Below, one piece after another: positions 9,012 to 19,906 of a DNA stretch of 64,000 nt. This DNA comes from an uncultured Clostridium sp. GTDB lineage: Bacteria; Bacillota; Clostridia; TANB77; CAG-508. Position numbers and translations under genes: made by a program. The stretch covers positions 5,465 through 69,464 of the forward strand of contig CAMMHE010000003.1 of NCBI GenBank assembly GCA_946496575.1. The letters run 5' to 3'. The notes under the pieces were generated by a model. The model did no database searches. It was given only the letters and a program-made list of their open reading frames with translations, and was not told the DNA's origin. Positions within the stretch are counted from its first letter, which is position 1; each line of letters opens with the position of its first letter.

Positions 9012-9968
9012 TTATAACATTTCAAAAATTCTGCAAAATATTTTAAAATTAGATTTATTTACAACTTTTAGATAAGTATTTTTTACTCCTTTTTCTCTTC
9101 TTAATATTTTATTTTTTTTCCATTCAGGAAAATTTTTGTTTAGTTCTTCCCATGTTCTTTTTTCTAATTTTCTTCTTACTTCTCTATCCTTTACTTTTAC
9201 TATTCTAAGTAATGAACTACATAATAAAAATCTAGCATAAGTGTATTCAATTTCAGCTTTATATTCTATAAAAAGCTCTTTTTCTTTATAGAATTTAAAT
9301 ATATTATCCCAAATTTGAAATATTTCTTTTACTTTTTCATTTTGAGTATTTGCTATTGAGTTATTTCTTTGTATATAATGTATCATTGGTATTTTGACAA
9401 AACTAATTTTGTTTAAGTTTGGTAATAACTTATAAAAAAATTCTGTATCCTCATATCTTAATCCTTTTGGAAATTTTATTTTTGTTTTTTCTAAAATTTC
9501 CCTTTTTATTAATTTATTCCATGCTACTACTCTAGCATATAAGAATGCTTCTTTCTTACCTTGATATATTTTTCCAATATCTACTTTTTGTTTATTTGGA
9601 TATTCCCAAATAAAATCACATTCTACCATATCACTGTTTTCTTCTTCTGCCTTTTTATACATTTCTTCAAACATATTTGTTTCTACATAATCATCAGAAT
9701 CTATAAATCCTATATATTTTCCATGTGCATGCGAAATTCCAAAGTTTCGTGCATCTGAAAGTCCTCCATTTTGTTTGTCAAAACATCTTAATTTTTCAGG
9801 ATACATTTCCTGAATTTTATTTATCTTTTGCCTAGTATTATCTGTTGAACCATCATTTACAACTATTATTTCTATTTCCTGAAGAGTTTGGTTTACTAGT
9901 GTGTATAAGCATTTTTCTATGTAATTTTCTACATTATATGCTGGAACTATAACACTTACTTTTATCAT
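9012..9968 (-). CDS. family 2 glycosyltransferase
   Basis: MIKVSVIVPAYNVENYIEKCL...VNDGSTD...DSDDY motifs. Confidence 0.8.
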   Translation of the reverse strand: MIKVSVIVPAYNVENYIEKCLYTLVNQTLQEIEIIVVNDGSTDNTRQKINKIQEMYPEKLRCFDKQNGGLSDARNFGISHAHGKYIGFIDSDDYVETNMFEEMYKKAEEENSDMVECDFIWEYPNKQKVDIGKIYQGKKEAFLYARVVAWNKLIKREILEKTKIKFPKGLRYEDTEFFYKLLPNLNKISFVKIPMIHYIQRNNSIANTQNEKVKEIFQIWDNIFKFYKEKELFIEYKAEIEYTYARFLLCSSLLRIVKVKDREVRRKLEKRTWEELNKNFPEWKKNKILRREKGVKNTYLKVVNKSNFKIFCRIFEML

Positions 9969-9980
9969 TTACTATTCCTT

Positions 9981-10934
9981 TCATCTTAATTTTAAATATA
10001 ATGGTATATTTATCTGTAATATTATTCTTTTTAGCAATTGTTTTATATTTCTTGGCTTGATATTTTTATACATCTTTCTGTTTCGTATTTCTTTAATAAA
10101 TTTTTTTCTATCTGTTTTTTTTAGGTCATTTATTCTTAACAATATAGAATTTGTATAAAATATTTTTATATCTTCTTTAACTCTTTCATTTATACTATAA
10201 TTTTTTGTTTTATCTAACATGTTATCATAATGTATTAATGTATCATATACTTTTTTTAAAGTTTTATTATAATCTATATTTCGTGTTATGCTATTACTAC
10301 TTTGTACATAATGATATCCTTGTATATCAGTAGAAATAAATGTTTTGGCTTTTATTATTATAAGCGGAATTAAACCAAAATCCTCATGGTATGTATTTGA
10401 TATAAATTTAAAACCATTGTCTATAAATATTTTCCTTTTATAGGCATATACCCATAGTGCATCTAACATTTCATCAGTATAACATAGTTTTGAAAATGCT
10501 TCTTCTCCTTTTAGTTCTTCAAATACAGGTCCTTCAAATTGACCTATTATATCTTCTTCTTCTGTTTCAATAATCGCCTTGTACTTTATTATATCGATAT
10601 TTCTTTCCATATATTTTTCTAAATTTTTAAATAATTTTGCATCAATATAATCGTCTGCATCTACAAATATTATATAATCACCTGTAGATTCTTCTATTCC
10701 TATATTTCTTGAATCTGCTACTCCTGTATTTTCTTTTTGAATGTATTTAATATTATTTGTATATTTTTGTATATATTTTTTTATTATTTCTGCTGATTTG
10801 TCTGTTGACCCATCATTTATTAATATAATTTCTATATCATTATGTGTTGTATTTATTTGTTCTACTATGGAATTTAAACACCTTACTAAATATCTTTCTG
10901 CATTAAATATAGGTACTATCACACTTATTTTCAT
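9981..10934 (-). CDS. family 2 glycosyltransferase
   Basis: MKISVIVPIFNAERYLVRCL...INDGSTD...VDADDY motifs. Confidence 0.8.
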   Translation of the reverse strand: MKISVIVPIFNAERYLVRCLNSIVEQINTTHNDIEIILINDGSTDKSAEIIKKYIQKYTNNIKYIQKENTGVADSRNIGIEESTGDYIIFVDADDYIDAKLFKNLEKYMERNIDIIKYKAIIETEEEDIIGQFEGPVFEELKGEEAFSKLCYTDEMLDALWVYAYKRKIFIDNGFKFISNTYHEDFGLIPLIIIKAKTFISTDIQGYHYVQSSNSITRNIDYNKTLKKVYDTLIHYDNMLDKTKNYSINERVKEDIKIFYTNSILLRINDLKKTDRKKFIKEIRNRKMYKNIKPRNIKQLLKRIILQINIPLYLKLR

Positions 10935-10967
10935 AATATTATCATTCTCTCTTTTAATTCTTTTTGT

Positions 10968-12050
10968 TTATTTATTTAAAATTTTTTCTAATTTTTGTAT
11001 TATTTCTTCATTGTATTTTTTATAGTCAAATTCTTGTTTTATGTGATATTTATCTGTTATAAATTTTTTCATTGCATTATATATTTCGTTTATATCTTTT
11101 GTTGTAACTATTCCAAATTTTCCTTCTACTTCTTTATAATCTGATACATTTGTTGTTATTATTGGTATTTTTAAAATCATACTTTCTAAAAATACTACTG
11201 GATATCCTTCATAATCTGATGTTAATATTACACAATCACTTATTTTATAATACGGATATGGATTTTTCTTTCTACCTAATAGAAATATTTTATCTTGTAA
11301 ATTTTTTTCTTTGATTATTTTTTTATATTGATCTGTATCTTTTCCATCTCCTATTAGCAATATTTTAAATTCAAGTTTATCATTTTTTAACATGTCTGCT
11401 ACTTCAATTAATCTTGTAAGTCTTTTCTGCTTTTCATCATGTCTACCTACATTTAAAAAAGTAATGATATTCTCTTTTTTTTCTGGAATATCTTCTTTTG
11501 ACTTTTCTATTATTTTTTTACCATCTATCAAATTATTACAATATATTGCTTTGTTTTTACATTCTGGAAATAGCTTCAAAAAATTATTTTTTGATTCATT
11601 TGAAACAAATATTATATTTTTGAATTCTTCACATTTTAGTTTTTTATAATATTGTTTTGTCTTTTCTTCATCATTATTATTTAGTGTTAAATAATCAAGG
11701 TGTACCCATAATGCTGAATTTTTTGATGCTGCCCTTGCAACAAATCCATTACTTAATGAATATGTGGCATATGCTGCCGCAAAATCAAATTTATTTTTAT
11801 ATTCTATCCTAAATTTTATTTGCTTACACATATTTATAATTTTTCTTAAAAATATAAATCTGTTGTTACTTGGACAATATTCTTCGACTTTTATATTCGA
11901 ATTTAATGTATCTAAAAATATACCTTCTTTTTTCTCCAATATAAGTGTTATATCATATTCTTTTTTTACAAGTTCTTCTAATAATGTCACTAATGCTGTT
12001 TCAATTCCGCCTAGTCCTAATGAATGTGCTGCAAATAATAATTTTTTCAT
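10968..12050 (-). CDS. GT4/GT1-type glycosyltransferase
   Basis: MKKLLFAAHSLGLGGIETAL... and C-terminal ...SDYEGYPVVFLESM (E-x7-E-like). Start moved to Met37, which has RBS aaagga. Confidence 0.7.
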   Translation of the reverse strand: MKKLLFAAHSLGLGGIETALVTLLEELVKKEYDITLILEKKEGIFLDTLNSNIKVEEYCPSNNRFIFLRKIINMCKQIKFRIEYKNKFDFAAAYATYSLSNGFVARAASKNSALWVHLDYLTLNNNDEEKTKQYYKKLKCEEFKNIIFVSNESKNNFLKLFPECKNKAIYCNNLIDGKKIIEKSKEDIPEKKENIITFLNVGRHDEKQKRLTRLIEVADMLKNDKLEFKILLIGDGKDTDQYKKIIKEKNLQDKIFLLGRKKNPYPYYKISDCVILTSDYEGYPVVFLESMILKIPIITTNVSDYKEVEGKFGIVTTKDINEIYNAMKKFITDKYHIKQEFDYKKYNEEIIQKLEKILNK

Positions 12051-12167
12051 ATATTTTCTTTCCTTTTTATTAGTTTTTTCCATTTTTTCATCTGTAATGT
12101 ATATAGCTTTCATTACTTCTATTGGTGATATTATAACAACAAACATAAGTAAAATCAATAAATAGTT

Positions 12168-12194
12168 ACATTATTTTTATTTTTTCATATTATA
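12168..12194 (+). promoter_or_regulatory. candidate sigma-K-type promoter of the split M14 peptidase gene
   Basis: AC(12168-9)-N16-CATATTATA(12186..12194), about 16 nt upstream of the start codon region. Full match to CATAnnnTA. Confidence 0.4.
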
Positions 12195-12209
12195 CATAAA
12201 GGTGGTTTT

Positions 12210-12898
12210 ATGATAACTTTAAAATATGGTTCAAGTGGACCTATGGTTGAATTTTTACAAAATATACTGCAAAAACTAGGATTTTATTCAGGAAAAATTG
12301 ATGGGGTTTTTGGCGTTTCTACTAAAAATGCTGTAATGAATTTTCAAAAAAGTTTTGGACTTTCTTCTGTTGATGGGATAGTTGGTTCTAATACTTGGAC
12401 TGCATTACAACCTTATATAGATGGTGCTTTAGACTTTATAATTCCTACAAATATAAGTTATAGCCATAGTATTTTGCAAATAAACCTTAACACATTAAAA
12501 AAACTATATCCATTTTTAGAAATAGGCAATGCTGGATATAGTATTCTAGGGAATTCAATTCCTTATATTCGTATAGGTAACGGTTCTAAAGAAGTTTTTT
12601 ATTCTGGTTCTATTCATGCAAATGAATGGATTACAACTCCAGTTTTAATGCAATTTATAGCAGATTATTGCTATTGCTATAAAAATAATTTAGACATTTT
12701 TGGTATTCCTGCACGTAATATCTATAATTCTACTTCTATTTATATTATGCCTATGGTTAACCCTGATGGTGTTAATCTAGTAACTGGAGAAATTCCTAGA
12801 AACTCACCTTCTTATATATTTGCTCGAAATATATCAAGGAATTATCCAAATATTCCTTTTCCTAGTGGTTGGAAAGCAAATATTAGAGGTGTGGATTT
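12210..12898 (+). CDS. gamma-D-glutamyl-L-diamino acid endopeptidase (M14 family, ENP1/YqgT type), 5' segment
   Basis: PG_binding_1-like N-domain ([29 protein letters not shown]...) and M14 zinc motif SIHANEWIT, ...MPMVNPDG..., ending WKANIRGVD at the junction. The annotated ORF then reads 20 codons into the element. Confidence 0.85.
12887..12898. repeat. att core copy AGGTGTGGATTT (left junction of 14.1-kb element)
   Basis: Identical 12-mer at 26998..27009. Covers the RGVD codons. Confidence 0.85.
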
Positions 12899-12919
12899 TA
12901 AAAACTACCAACAAATTTG

Positions 12920-13864
12920 TTATCCTTTAAATTCTCCTCCATTAACATGCATTACTTGACCTGTAACATATGAAGAATCATCACTTGCTAAATATATAAA
13001 TAATGGTGCGATTTCGTATGGATGACCTGCTCTTCCCATTGGTGCATCTGAACCTAGTGTTGGTATTTTTTCTGCTTCCCAACAAGCTGGTTGTAATGGT
13101 GTCCAAAAGACTCCCGGAGAAATAGCATTGACCCTTATGTTTTTGCTAGCCAAATTTGTTGCAAGTGACCTCGTAAATCCTACTATCGCTCCTTTGCTCG
13201 TTACATAGTCTATTAATTCAGGTTCTCCTTTAAAAGTAGTTATTGATGTTACATTTATAATACTTGCACCAGGTTTCATATACTTTAATGCACTTTTAGT
13301 TAAATAAAACATCCCATATACATTTGTTTTTATTGTTAAATCAAATTGTTCTTCTGTAATATCTAATAAACTTTTTTGTTGATATTGAACTCCTGCATTA
13401 TTTACTAGAATATCTAATTTTCCAAATTTGTTTATAGTTTCATCTACAATTTTATTACAAAAATCTCTATCTTTGACATCACCAGATATTAATATACATT
13501 TTCCTCCTAAACCTTCAATAAATTTTTTTGTTTGTTTTGCATCTTCATGTTCATTATAGTATGCAATTACTATGCTCGCTCCTTCCTTTGCAAATCCAAC
13601 TGCAACTGCTCTTCCAATTCCAGAATCTCCTCCTGTTAATATGGCAACTTTTCCTAATAACTTTCCAGAATATCGATAATACGGATTATTAAATATAGGC
13701 CTTGGTGTCATTAAATATTCCATTCCTGGTTGTGTATCTTGATGTTGTGGTGGAAATTCTATCTTATAATTTTTACATATTTTACCGTATCCAAACTCGT
13801 CTATGTATTTTAATCCATAATCATCTTGACCACTATTATTTGATGTATAATACTTATAATTCAT
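12920..13864 (-). CDS. SDR-family oxidoreductase (YhdF/YdaD general-stress type)
   Basis: [20 protein letters not shown] leader, [10 protein letters not shown] cofactor motif, YVTSKGA catalytic YxxxK. Confidence 0.8.
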   Translation of the reverse strand: MNYKYYTSNNSGQDDYGLKYIDEFGYGKICKNYKIEFPPQHQDTQPGMEYLMTPRPIFNNPYYRYSGKLLGKVAILTGGDSGIGRAVAVGFAKEGASIVIAYYNEHEDAKQTKKFIEGLGGKCILISGDVKDRDFCNKIVDETINKFGKLDILVNNAGVQYQQKSLLDITEEQFDLTIKTNVYGMFYLTKSALKYMKPGASIINVTSITTFKGEPELIDYVTSKGAIVGFTRSLATNLASKNIRVNAISPGVFWTPLQPACWEAEKIPTLGSDAPMGRAGHPYEIAPLFIYLASDDSSYVTGQVMHVNGGEFKG

Positions 13865-13986
13865 TTTTTTGCCTCCCTATTATAATATTAAAATAATATG
13901 TAAATGTGCTAATATCTTCTTTATTTCTATATTTATATAAAAATTAAGTGAAAGCTTTGATTAAAACTTTCACTTAATTTTAAATT

Positions 13987-14553
13987 TTACTGCATTTTCA
14001 TATTTTGTTTTTTTACTTTGCAAGGATTTCCAACAGCAACACTATTTGATGGAATATCTTTTGTTACTATACTACCTGCTCCTATTACTACATTGTCCCC
14101 GACTTTTACCCCTGGAAGCACAACAACATTCCCACCAAACCATACGTTGTTACCAATTTCTATTGGTTTTGCATATTCTAATCCCTTATTTCTTATTTTT
14201 GCATCTAATGGATGTCCAGAAGTATAAAATCCACAATTGGGACCAATAAACACATTATTACCAAATTTTACTTTATTTGCATCTAATATAACTAAATTAT
14301 GATTTGAGTAAAAATTTTCTCCTAATTCTATATTATATCCATAATCACATAGAAAAGGTTGTTCTATTAAAACATTTTCTTTCATACTACCTAAAATCTT
14401 TTTCAAGATTTCTTTCTTTTCTTTTACTTTACTTGGTTTTAAATTATTATATTCATAACATAAATCTTTAGCTTTTTCTCTTTCTTTTATTAATTCTACA
14501 TCATTATTTGCATCATATATTTCACCTAATAACATTTTTTCTTTTTCTTTCAT
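13987..14553 (-). CDS. maa: maltose/galactoside O-acetyltransferase (left-handed beta-helix)
   Basis: MLLGEIYDANNDVELIKEREKAKDLCYEYN N-domain and hexapeptide repeats ...IGNNVWFGGNVVVLPGVKVGDNVVIGAGSIV. Confidence 0.8.
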   Translation of the reverse strand: MKEKEKMLLGEIYDANNDVELIKEREKAKDLCYEYNNLKPSKVKEKKEILKKILGSMKENVLIEQPFLCDYGYNIELGENFYSNHNLVILDANKVKFGNNVFIGPNCGFYTSGHPLDAKIRNKGLEYAKPIEIGNNVWFGGNVVVLPGVKVGDNVVIGAGSIVTKDIPSNSVAVGNPCKVKKQNMKMQ

Positions 14554-14557
14554 AATA

Positions 14558-15835
14558 TTATCCTTTCTGATGTGTTTTTCTTTTTTTATAAAATATTAAC
14601 ATTGTTACTATAAATAATACTGTAATAATACTTATTATACCAATTATAATATAATTTTTCACATTTTTATTATCTTCTCTAGCATTTTGTTCATTCATTA
14701 ATGTAGTCTTTTCTATTTCATATGCTTCTTCTAATTTTTCTTTCTGTTTACTTTGTTCTTCTATATAATTTGCTTCTTCTTGTGCATTTCTTTTATATAC
14801 ATTTACTTGATATTCTCTTTTTGTTATTCCGTTTTGTGCTGTTACAATTACATTAATTATATTATTTCCTTCTTTAATATCTTCATTATTTAAAATTTCG
14901 ATTTTTGCATTTTCATTCTCTGGAACAGCTAAAATATTTAATTTATTAATTGTATTTGAGACCTCTGTACTGTATTTTGTTATATGATTATCAAATGGTG
15001 GGGTTAATAATGTATTTTCAATTGCTAATATTTCTAAATTGGTATTAGCCAATTCTATATTTGATGTCTTTGTCGTTTTGATTGTATATATTTTATTATT
15101 GGTTTTGTCTTCTGAAATCACATTTATTTTTATTAAGTTTAAACCTTCATTTAATTGGTTGTTTCCTGTTATTTCAATCTGTGAATTTGGGTTTTCTGCA
15201 ATTGCAAGAACATCTATGCTACTTATATCATTTGATATAGTTAAATCATATTCATATACATTAGTCTGAAAATCTGGTACAATTCCTTCCTTATCTAATC
15301 TAATTGCTTGCAAATTTGCATTATCTTTTTGTGTGTTTGTTCCTTGTTCTTTCTCTATCTGTTCTTTTAAATTCCCTTCTTCTCTTCCAATTTGTACTTG
15401 TGTTGCTTCAAAATTTGTTTGAATTAGTTGCCCCTTTTCACTATAAAATTCCCCTTCTGCTACAAAATTTGCTATTCCATTTTCTTTTGCCTTAAATATT
15501 ATTTTACCTAATTCTCCTTGTTTTGCTCCACCTCCTCCAAGTTGATCATACCATACTATTATTATTTTATTTTCTTGTATATTTATATTTTCTGGACCAG
15601 ATACAAATTCAAATTTGGATTTGTCAAAATATAGATTTATATTATATGCAGCTGTTTTTTGATCACTTATATAGAAACTTAATTCTATCTCTTCTCCTTT
15701 TTCTACTATATCTATATTACACTTTAGATATACTGTTGCTGTGGTTACTGCATTAATATGAATTGATCCATAAATGTTTAGAAAAGAAATAATTATAAAA
15801 CTTGTAGCTATAAATTTGACTATCTTTTTTGGCAT
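14558..15835 (-). CDS. membrane-anchored cohesin-domain protein with two cadherin-like beta-sandwich repeats
   Basis: Signal peptide, a cohesin-like module (VYLKCNIDIVEKGEEIELSFYI...KIIFKAKENG), two repeats of the type NANLQAIRLD...VPDFQTNVYEYDL, and a C-terminal TM plus KKRK tail. Confidence 0.55.
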   Translation of the reverse strand: MPKKIVKFIATSFIIISFLNIYGSIHINAVTTATVYLKCNIDIVEKGEEIELSFYISDQKTAAYNINLYFDKSKFEFVSGPENINIQENKIIIVWYDQLGGGGAKQGELGKIIFKAKENGIANFVAEGEFYSEKGQLIQTNFEATQVQIGREEGNLKEQIEKEQGTNTQKDNANLQAIRLDKEGIVPDFQTNVYEYDLTISNDISSIDVLAIAENPNSQIEITGNNQLNEGLNLIKINVISEDKTNNKIYTIKTTKTSNIELANTNLEILAIENTLLTPPFDNHITKYSTEVSNTINKLNILAVPENENAKIEILNNEDIKEGNNIINVIVTAQNGITKREYQVNVYKRNAQEEANYIEEQSKQKEKLEEAYEIEKTTLMNEQNAREDNKNVKNYIIIGIISIITVLFIVTMLIFYKKRKTHQKG

Positions 15836-15850
15836 TATTTTCCTCCTTTC

Positions 15851-18109
15851 TCACTGCTCTATTAATTGTAAACCTAAAATATGCCTTTGTATTAATAACA
15901 AATCTACAGAAGTTGGTTTTTTTCCGTCTTTTCTTATATTCCCTGCTTTTTTATAAATATCCTCTATCTTTTCAATTTCTAAAATGTGCCTTTGCAATAT
16001 TAATAGATCGACACTATTTATTTTTCCATCTCCATTTATATCTCCATATATTATAATTCTATATTCTCTTAAAATTTTCCCGTTTTCTTTTACATATATT
16101 TTGCTTCCTGTCCCAACTAAATCTGTATCATCTAATACTTTTCCTTTGTTATTTACTATTTCAATGTCTAAATCTGTAGTAATTTTTTCTTTAAGATCTT
16201 TTACAGTATTTTTATCATAGTCTATTCCACTTATTTCTAGACTATTTAAATTTAAAGAACTATCAAAATGAATTTCAGAGTCATCCATTTGTCTTACAAC
16301 TGTTAAACTACATTCACTTTTTATATTTGAGTTTTCTGCTGAAATTGCCAAAATAGTTGTTTCTCCTTGTTGTTTTGCCGTAATTATTCCGTTTTCATCA
16401 ATGCTTGCTATTTGCTCATTTGTACTATTATATAATATTTGTTTATTATTTGCGTCTTCTGGCTCTATATTTGCATTAATTTTGAAGTTATCTCCAACTT
16501 GCATATATATTTCTTTTTGGTCTATTGTAATTCCTGTTACACTACTATATACATTTATCTCTATTTGATTCTGTACGGAATTTTCTTCTGCTTTCACTGT
16601 AATTATTGCTGTTCCAGAACTTATTGCTTGAATGTTTCCTGTGTCATCTACAGTTGCCACTTGCGAATTATTTGATGTGTATATAACTTTATGCCCATTT
16701 GCCTCTTCTGGAGAAATTACTACTTTTAATGCCTTTTTTTCGCCTTTTTGTAAAGTTGTATTATCTAAACTTAATTCTATCTTTTCAATTTGAACATTTG
16801 GAACTTCTGTGACATAAGTCTGGTATATATAACCAACAATTCCATTTTCTAATATAACTTTGTCCCATCTTTCACCTTGACTTGTACTTCTTTTTATTCT
16901 TGTCATTTTATCTTGTTTTGTAACTGTTGTTATAATTTCATATGATGTACCTGGTCCTGTTCTTATGTTTACATTCGTTGCATTACAGTATACTTTTGTA
17001 TTATCTTCCACAAAATCGTTTGAATTTATAGATGGGCTTTCTGTTGCTAAAGTTGGCATATTATTATAAACAGGAATTATAAAAGATATTGGTGTTTCTA
17101 ATATTCCTGCTTTTTCATACCCATTATAGATTGATTTTGATTCACTGTATGGTGCTAAAACATTAGTCATATATTGATGCCAAAATAAACCATTTCCTCC
17201 TACATCATTTACATGAAATTTTTGTAAATAGATAGTATTTTGTCCAACATTTATATAGCTTGAACCTATAAAAATAGCTCCACCTGTAATAGCTCTTTCT
17301 TTAGTATTCCATGGAATTAAATATTTGTTTTTTGTTTCTTGACTTGCTCCTTTTCCATCTTTTGCATATTGCAATCCATTTTTTATTGCTCCCATTGGTT
17401 CAGATGAACTTGTTGCTCCTATGTTATAAAAGTTATATAATCCTTTAAATCCTTCTACTGTTCCACTTATAGAATTATGTGATAAAAATGGTCCTACTTC
17501 TTGTTTTATACGGGAAGCCAAATGATATGGACTTACTGAAGATGTTTTTCCACCTTTTAAAATTAAATCCGAATATCTCTCACTCATATTTATGTTATTT
17601 CCATTGCTATCTAAATATGATACTTTTTGATTATAAAATTCAGTACCATATAATATTTTTTCAATACCATTTAAATTGTTTGTGTGTTCATCATATGATA
17701 ATGTTTCAAATTGAAATAATCTAACTGTATTTAGAAAATTTCTAGGATCCATACAATACTCTACAGCCTGTCTAGAACTGTCTACCCAACCAGCATCTAC
17801 TTCTACATTGTATTGCCCAGGTGTAGTATTTTTCCAACTGTCAGAATAATTTTTAGGTACTAAATTTTTTCCAAATACATTTTCTTCATTTATAACATAG
17901 TTCCAATCTAAATTAGTATATAAAGCTATAAATTTCCAATTAGGATGTTTTTTAGATAATTCTCTTAAGTATGGTTGATAGCTACTTGGAAAATTTTCTA
18001 TTCCTTCTAAAGTGTTTGATGCTTCTATTTTAGAATTGATAAACACACTTATAACTATTAAAAATATTACCATTAAAAAAATTATTATCACATTATTTTT
18101 TATCGACAT
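15851..18109 (-). CDS. secreted GH73-type N-acetylglucosaminidase with SH3b, three Big_2-like repeats and C-terminal dockerin
   Basis: YHLASRIKQE, LYNFYNIGA and GGAIFIGSSYINVGQNTIYLQKFHVN fit a glucosaminidase. Repeats of the type YTSNNSQVATVDDTGNIQAISSGTAIITV. The dockerin has two repeats, GDINGDGKINSVDLLILQRHIL and NIRKDGKKPTSVDLLLIQRHIL. Confidence 0.7.
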   Translation of the reverse strand: MSIKNNVIIIFLMVIFLIVISVFINSKIEASNTLEGIENFPSSYQPYLRELSKKHPNWKFIALYTNLDWNYVINEENVFGKNLVPKNYSDSWKNTTPGQYNVEVDAGWVDSSRQAVEYCMDPRNFLNTVRLFQFETLSYDEHTNNLNGIEKILYGTEFYNQKVSYLDSNGNNINMSERYSDLILKGGKTSSVSPYHLASRIKQEVGPFLSHNSISGTVEGFKGLYNFYNIGATSSSEPMGAIKNGLQYAKDGKGASQETKNKYLIPWNTKERAITGGAIFIGSSYINVGQNTIYLQKFHVNDVGGNGLFWHQYMTNVLAPYSESKSIYNGYEKAGILETPISFIIPVYNNMPTLATESPSINSNDFVEDNTKVYCNATNVNIRTGPGTSYEIITTVTKQDKMTRIKRSTSQGERWDKVILENGIVGYIYQTYVTEVPNVQIEKIELSLDNTTLQKGEKKALKVVISPEEANGHKVIYTSNNSQVATVDDTGNIQAISSGTAIITVKAEENSVQNQIEINVYSSVTGITIDQKEIYMQVGDNFKINANIEPEDANNKQILYNSTNEQIASIDENGIITAKQQGETTILAISAENSNIKSECSLTVVRQMDDSEIHFDSSLNLNSLEISGIDYDKNTVKDLKEKITTDLDIEIVNNKGKVLDDTDLVGTGSKIYVKENGKILREYRIIIYGDINGDGKINSVDLLILQRHILEIEKIEDIYKKAGNIRKDGKKPTSVDLLLIQRHILGLQLIEQ

Positions 18110-18141
18110 TTCTTTTTCCTTTCAGATATCTAAATTATGTT

Positions 18142-18756
18142 TTACTTTTCTTTTGCCTTTATAATTATTCTTTTTTCGGTATCACTTGTACAAGTAATTA
18201 ATGTTACTTCTCTTTCATTATTTGTTACTGCATCTAAACAACTAGTATCTTCTGGTAATACTTTTTCTATTTTAAAAATTTCATATTTTACTTTTCCTAT
18301 TATTTTGTCTGTAACAAATAGTTCATCTCCTATTTCTAATTTTTTTAGATTAATAAACATATTTTTATAATTGTGACCAGCTATACAAAAATTACCTATT
18401 TGGTTTGGATTTACTCCCCAAAATTTAGTAACTGATACTTTTAATGCTTGTTTTGAATAGTTAGTTAAAACATTAATTTCTAGATCTATAGATGGTATTT
18501 CTAATTTTGCACAAACTTGATACCCTTTATATGTGTCTAATATTTCTTCTTTTGGATATTGCGTAATTTTAGTTTCATTTTCATTTTCATTTTCTTCAGT
18601 TTTAGTATTATTATCTTCAATTAACGCATTTAAATTTTTAATTTCATAATTATTTTCTTTTATATTATTTTCTTCAATTTTTTCTTTTACTATACATACA
18701 ACTATAACTAAAATTAAAATTATTAAGATTGTATTTATAATATATTTTTTTACCAT
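18142..18756 (-). CDS. sortase family transpeptidase
   Basis: N-terminal TM, FCIAGHNYKN (His) and EVTLITCTSD (TLxTC Cys motif). Start moved to MVKKYIIN, which has RBS aaaggaga. Confidence 0.75.
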   Translation of the reverse strand: MVKKYIINTILIILILVIVVCIVKEKIEENNIKENNYEIKNLNALIEDNNTKTEENENENETKITQYPKEEILDTYKGYQVCAKLEIPSIDLEINVLTNYSKQALKVSVTKFWGVNPNQIGNFCIAGHNYKNMFINLKKLEIGDELFVTDKIIGKVKYEIFKIEKVLPEDTSCLDAVTNNEREVTLITCTSDTEKRIIIKAKEK

Positions 18757-18856
18757 TTTGTCTCCTTTGTATATACTTTTACTATGTATTTTTAAATTGC
18801 AAGTTTTGTTAATTATAAAATATAATATAATCTTGCAATTTAAATTTTTCAAAGGC

Positions 18857-19906
18857 TTATTTTTTTGTTTTTTTGTTATAGTATATAATTACACTTAATA
18901 GACTTGTTAATATTGTAATCATAGGAATATAAATATTTCTACCTGTTTTAGGTAAAGTTGATGGTTTTTCTTGTTCTTGCTTTATTTCTTCAGTTATTTT
19001 ATTTTCAGTTTCTGGAATATTTGGTTCTTGCTCCTCTGGTTCTGGAGTTATAATTTCTTGTTTTTCTCCAACTGTAAATTGGAATTCTTTCTGTGAAATT
19101 ATAGCATCTGAATTATCTCTATCTATCAATTTTAGAGTTATTTTATAATCTCCTTTGTCACTGAAAAGTGCTTTTACATTTAAAATTTGTGAAACATCTT
19201 TTCCACCAATTTTATATCCTTGAGGATCTCCCCATCCACTTTGAATTATATCTTGTTCTGCATGTGTATCATTATTTATTCCTGTTAATTTGACACTAGC
19301 TCCTGCTGGAGTAGATGCTTCTGCAATTAGTCTTGCATGTTCATAATATTTTCCCATACTTGAAGAATAAGAAAGTGTCATTTCTTTTTCTTCTCCTTTT
19401 ATAATTTCTCCTGTGTGCTCTAAATTTATTGTATATTCTTTGTATTCTGGTTCTACTGTTACATTTTTTACCATTGGAGTTGTAATATCATCATAATTAA
19501 CAGATGCATCTGAATTAGCTAGTCCTTCTGCTGTTACTGAAAATTCTGTAGGATTTGATGTTGTAATATCTGATTTGGCTCTAAATGTAACTGTCATATT
19601 TTCTCTTGGATTTGTTCCTCCAGTTGAATCATAAAATGTTACTCTAACCTTATCTTTTGTATCATTTGCTGTTCCTCCATCTACTGATACATATTCAAAA
19701 ATATTGTCATCATATGCTATATCAAATGTATAAGCTCCTAATGGTGTTCCAAAATCAATTTTTACTATTGCTTCTTCTCCTGGTCTAATAGTTCCTTTAT
19801 TAATTTCTACTTTTATTGTGTCTAATGAATCTGCATAACTACTTCCAGTTAAAGTAAATATTATAAGTAATGCAAAAATTGAGATCATACTAATTATTTT
19901 TTTCAT
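18857..19906 (-). CDS. LPXTG-anchored surface protein with N-terminal cohesin-like domain
   Basis: Signal peptide, a cohesin-like module (IKVEINKGTIRPGEEAIVKIDFGTPLGAYTFDIAYDDNIFEYVSV), then C-terminal LPKTG followed by a hydrophobic stretch and KKTKK. Confidence 0.75.
   Translation of the reverse strand: MKKIISMISIFALLIIFTLTGSSYADSLDTIKVEINKGTIRPGEEAIVKIDFGTPLGAYTFDIAYDDNIFEYVSVDGGTANDTKDKVRVTFYDSTGGTNPRENMTVTFRAKSDITTSNPTEFSVTAEGLANSDASVNYDDITTPMVKNVTVEPEYKEYTINLEHTGEIIKGEEKEMTLSYSSSMGKYYEHARLIAEASTPAGASVKLTGINNDTHAEQDIIQSGWGDPQGYKIGGKDVSQILNVKALFSDKGDYKITLKLIDRDNSDAIISQKEFQFTVGEKQEIITPEPEEQEPNIPETENKITEEIKQEQEKPSTLPKTGRNIYIPMITILTSLLSVIIYYNKKTKK

Noticed and set aside
14558-19906. Cohesin/dockerin genes as a cellulosome
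   Set aside because: The only dockerin-bearing protein is a GH73 peptidoglycan hydrolase. No cellulases, xylanases or CBM-scaffoldin are present in the window.
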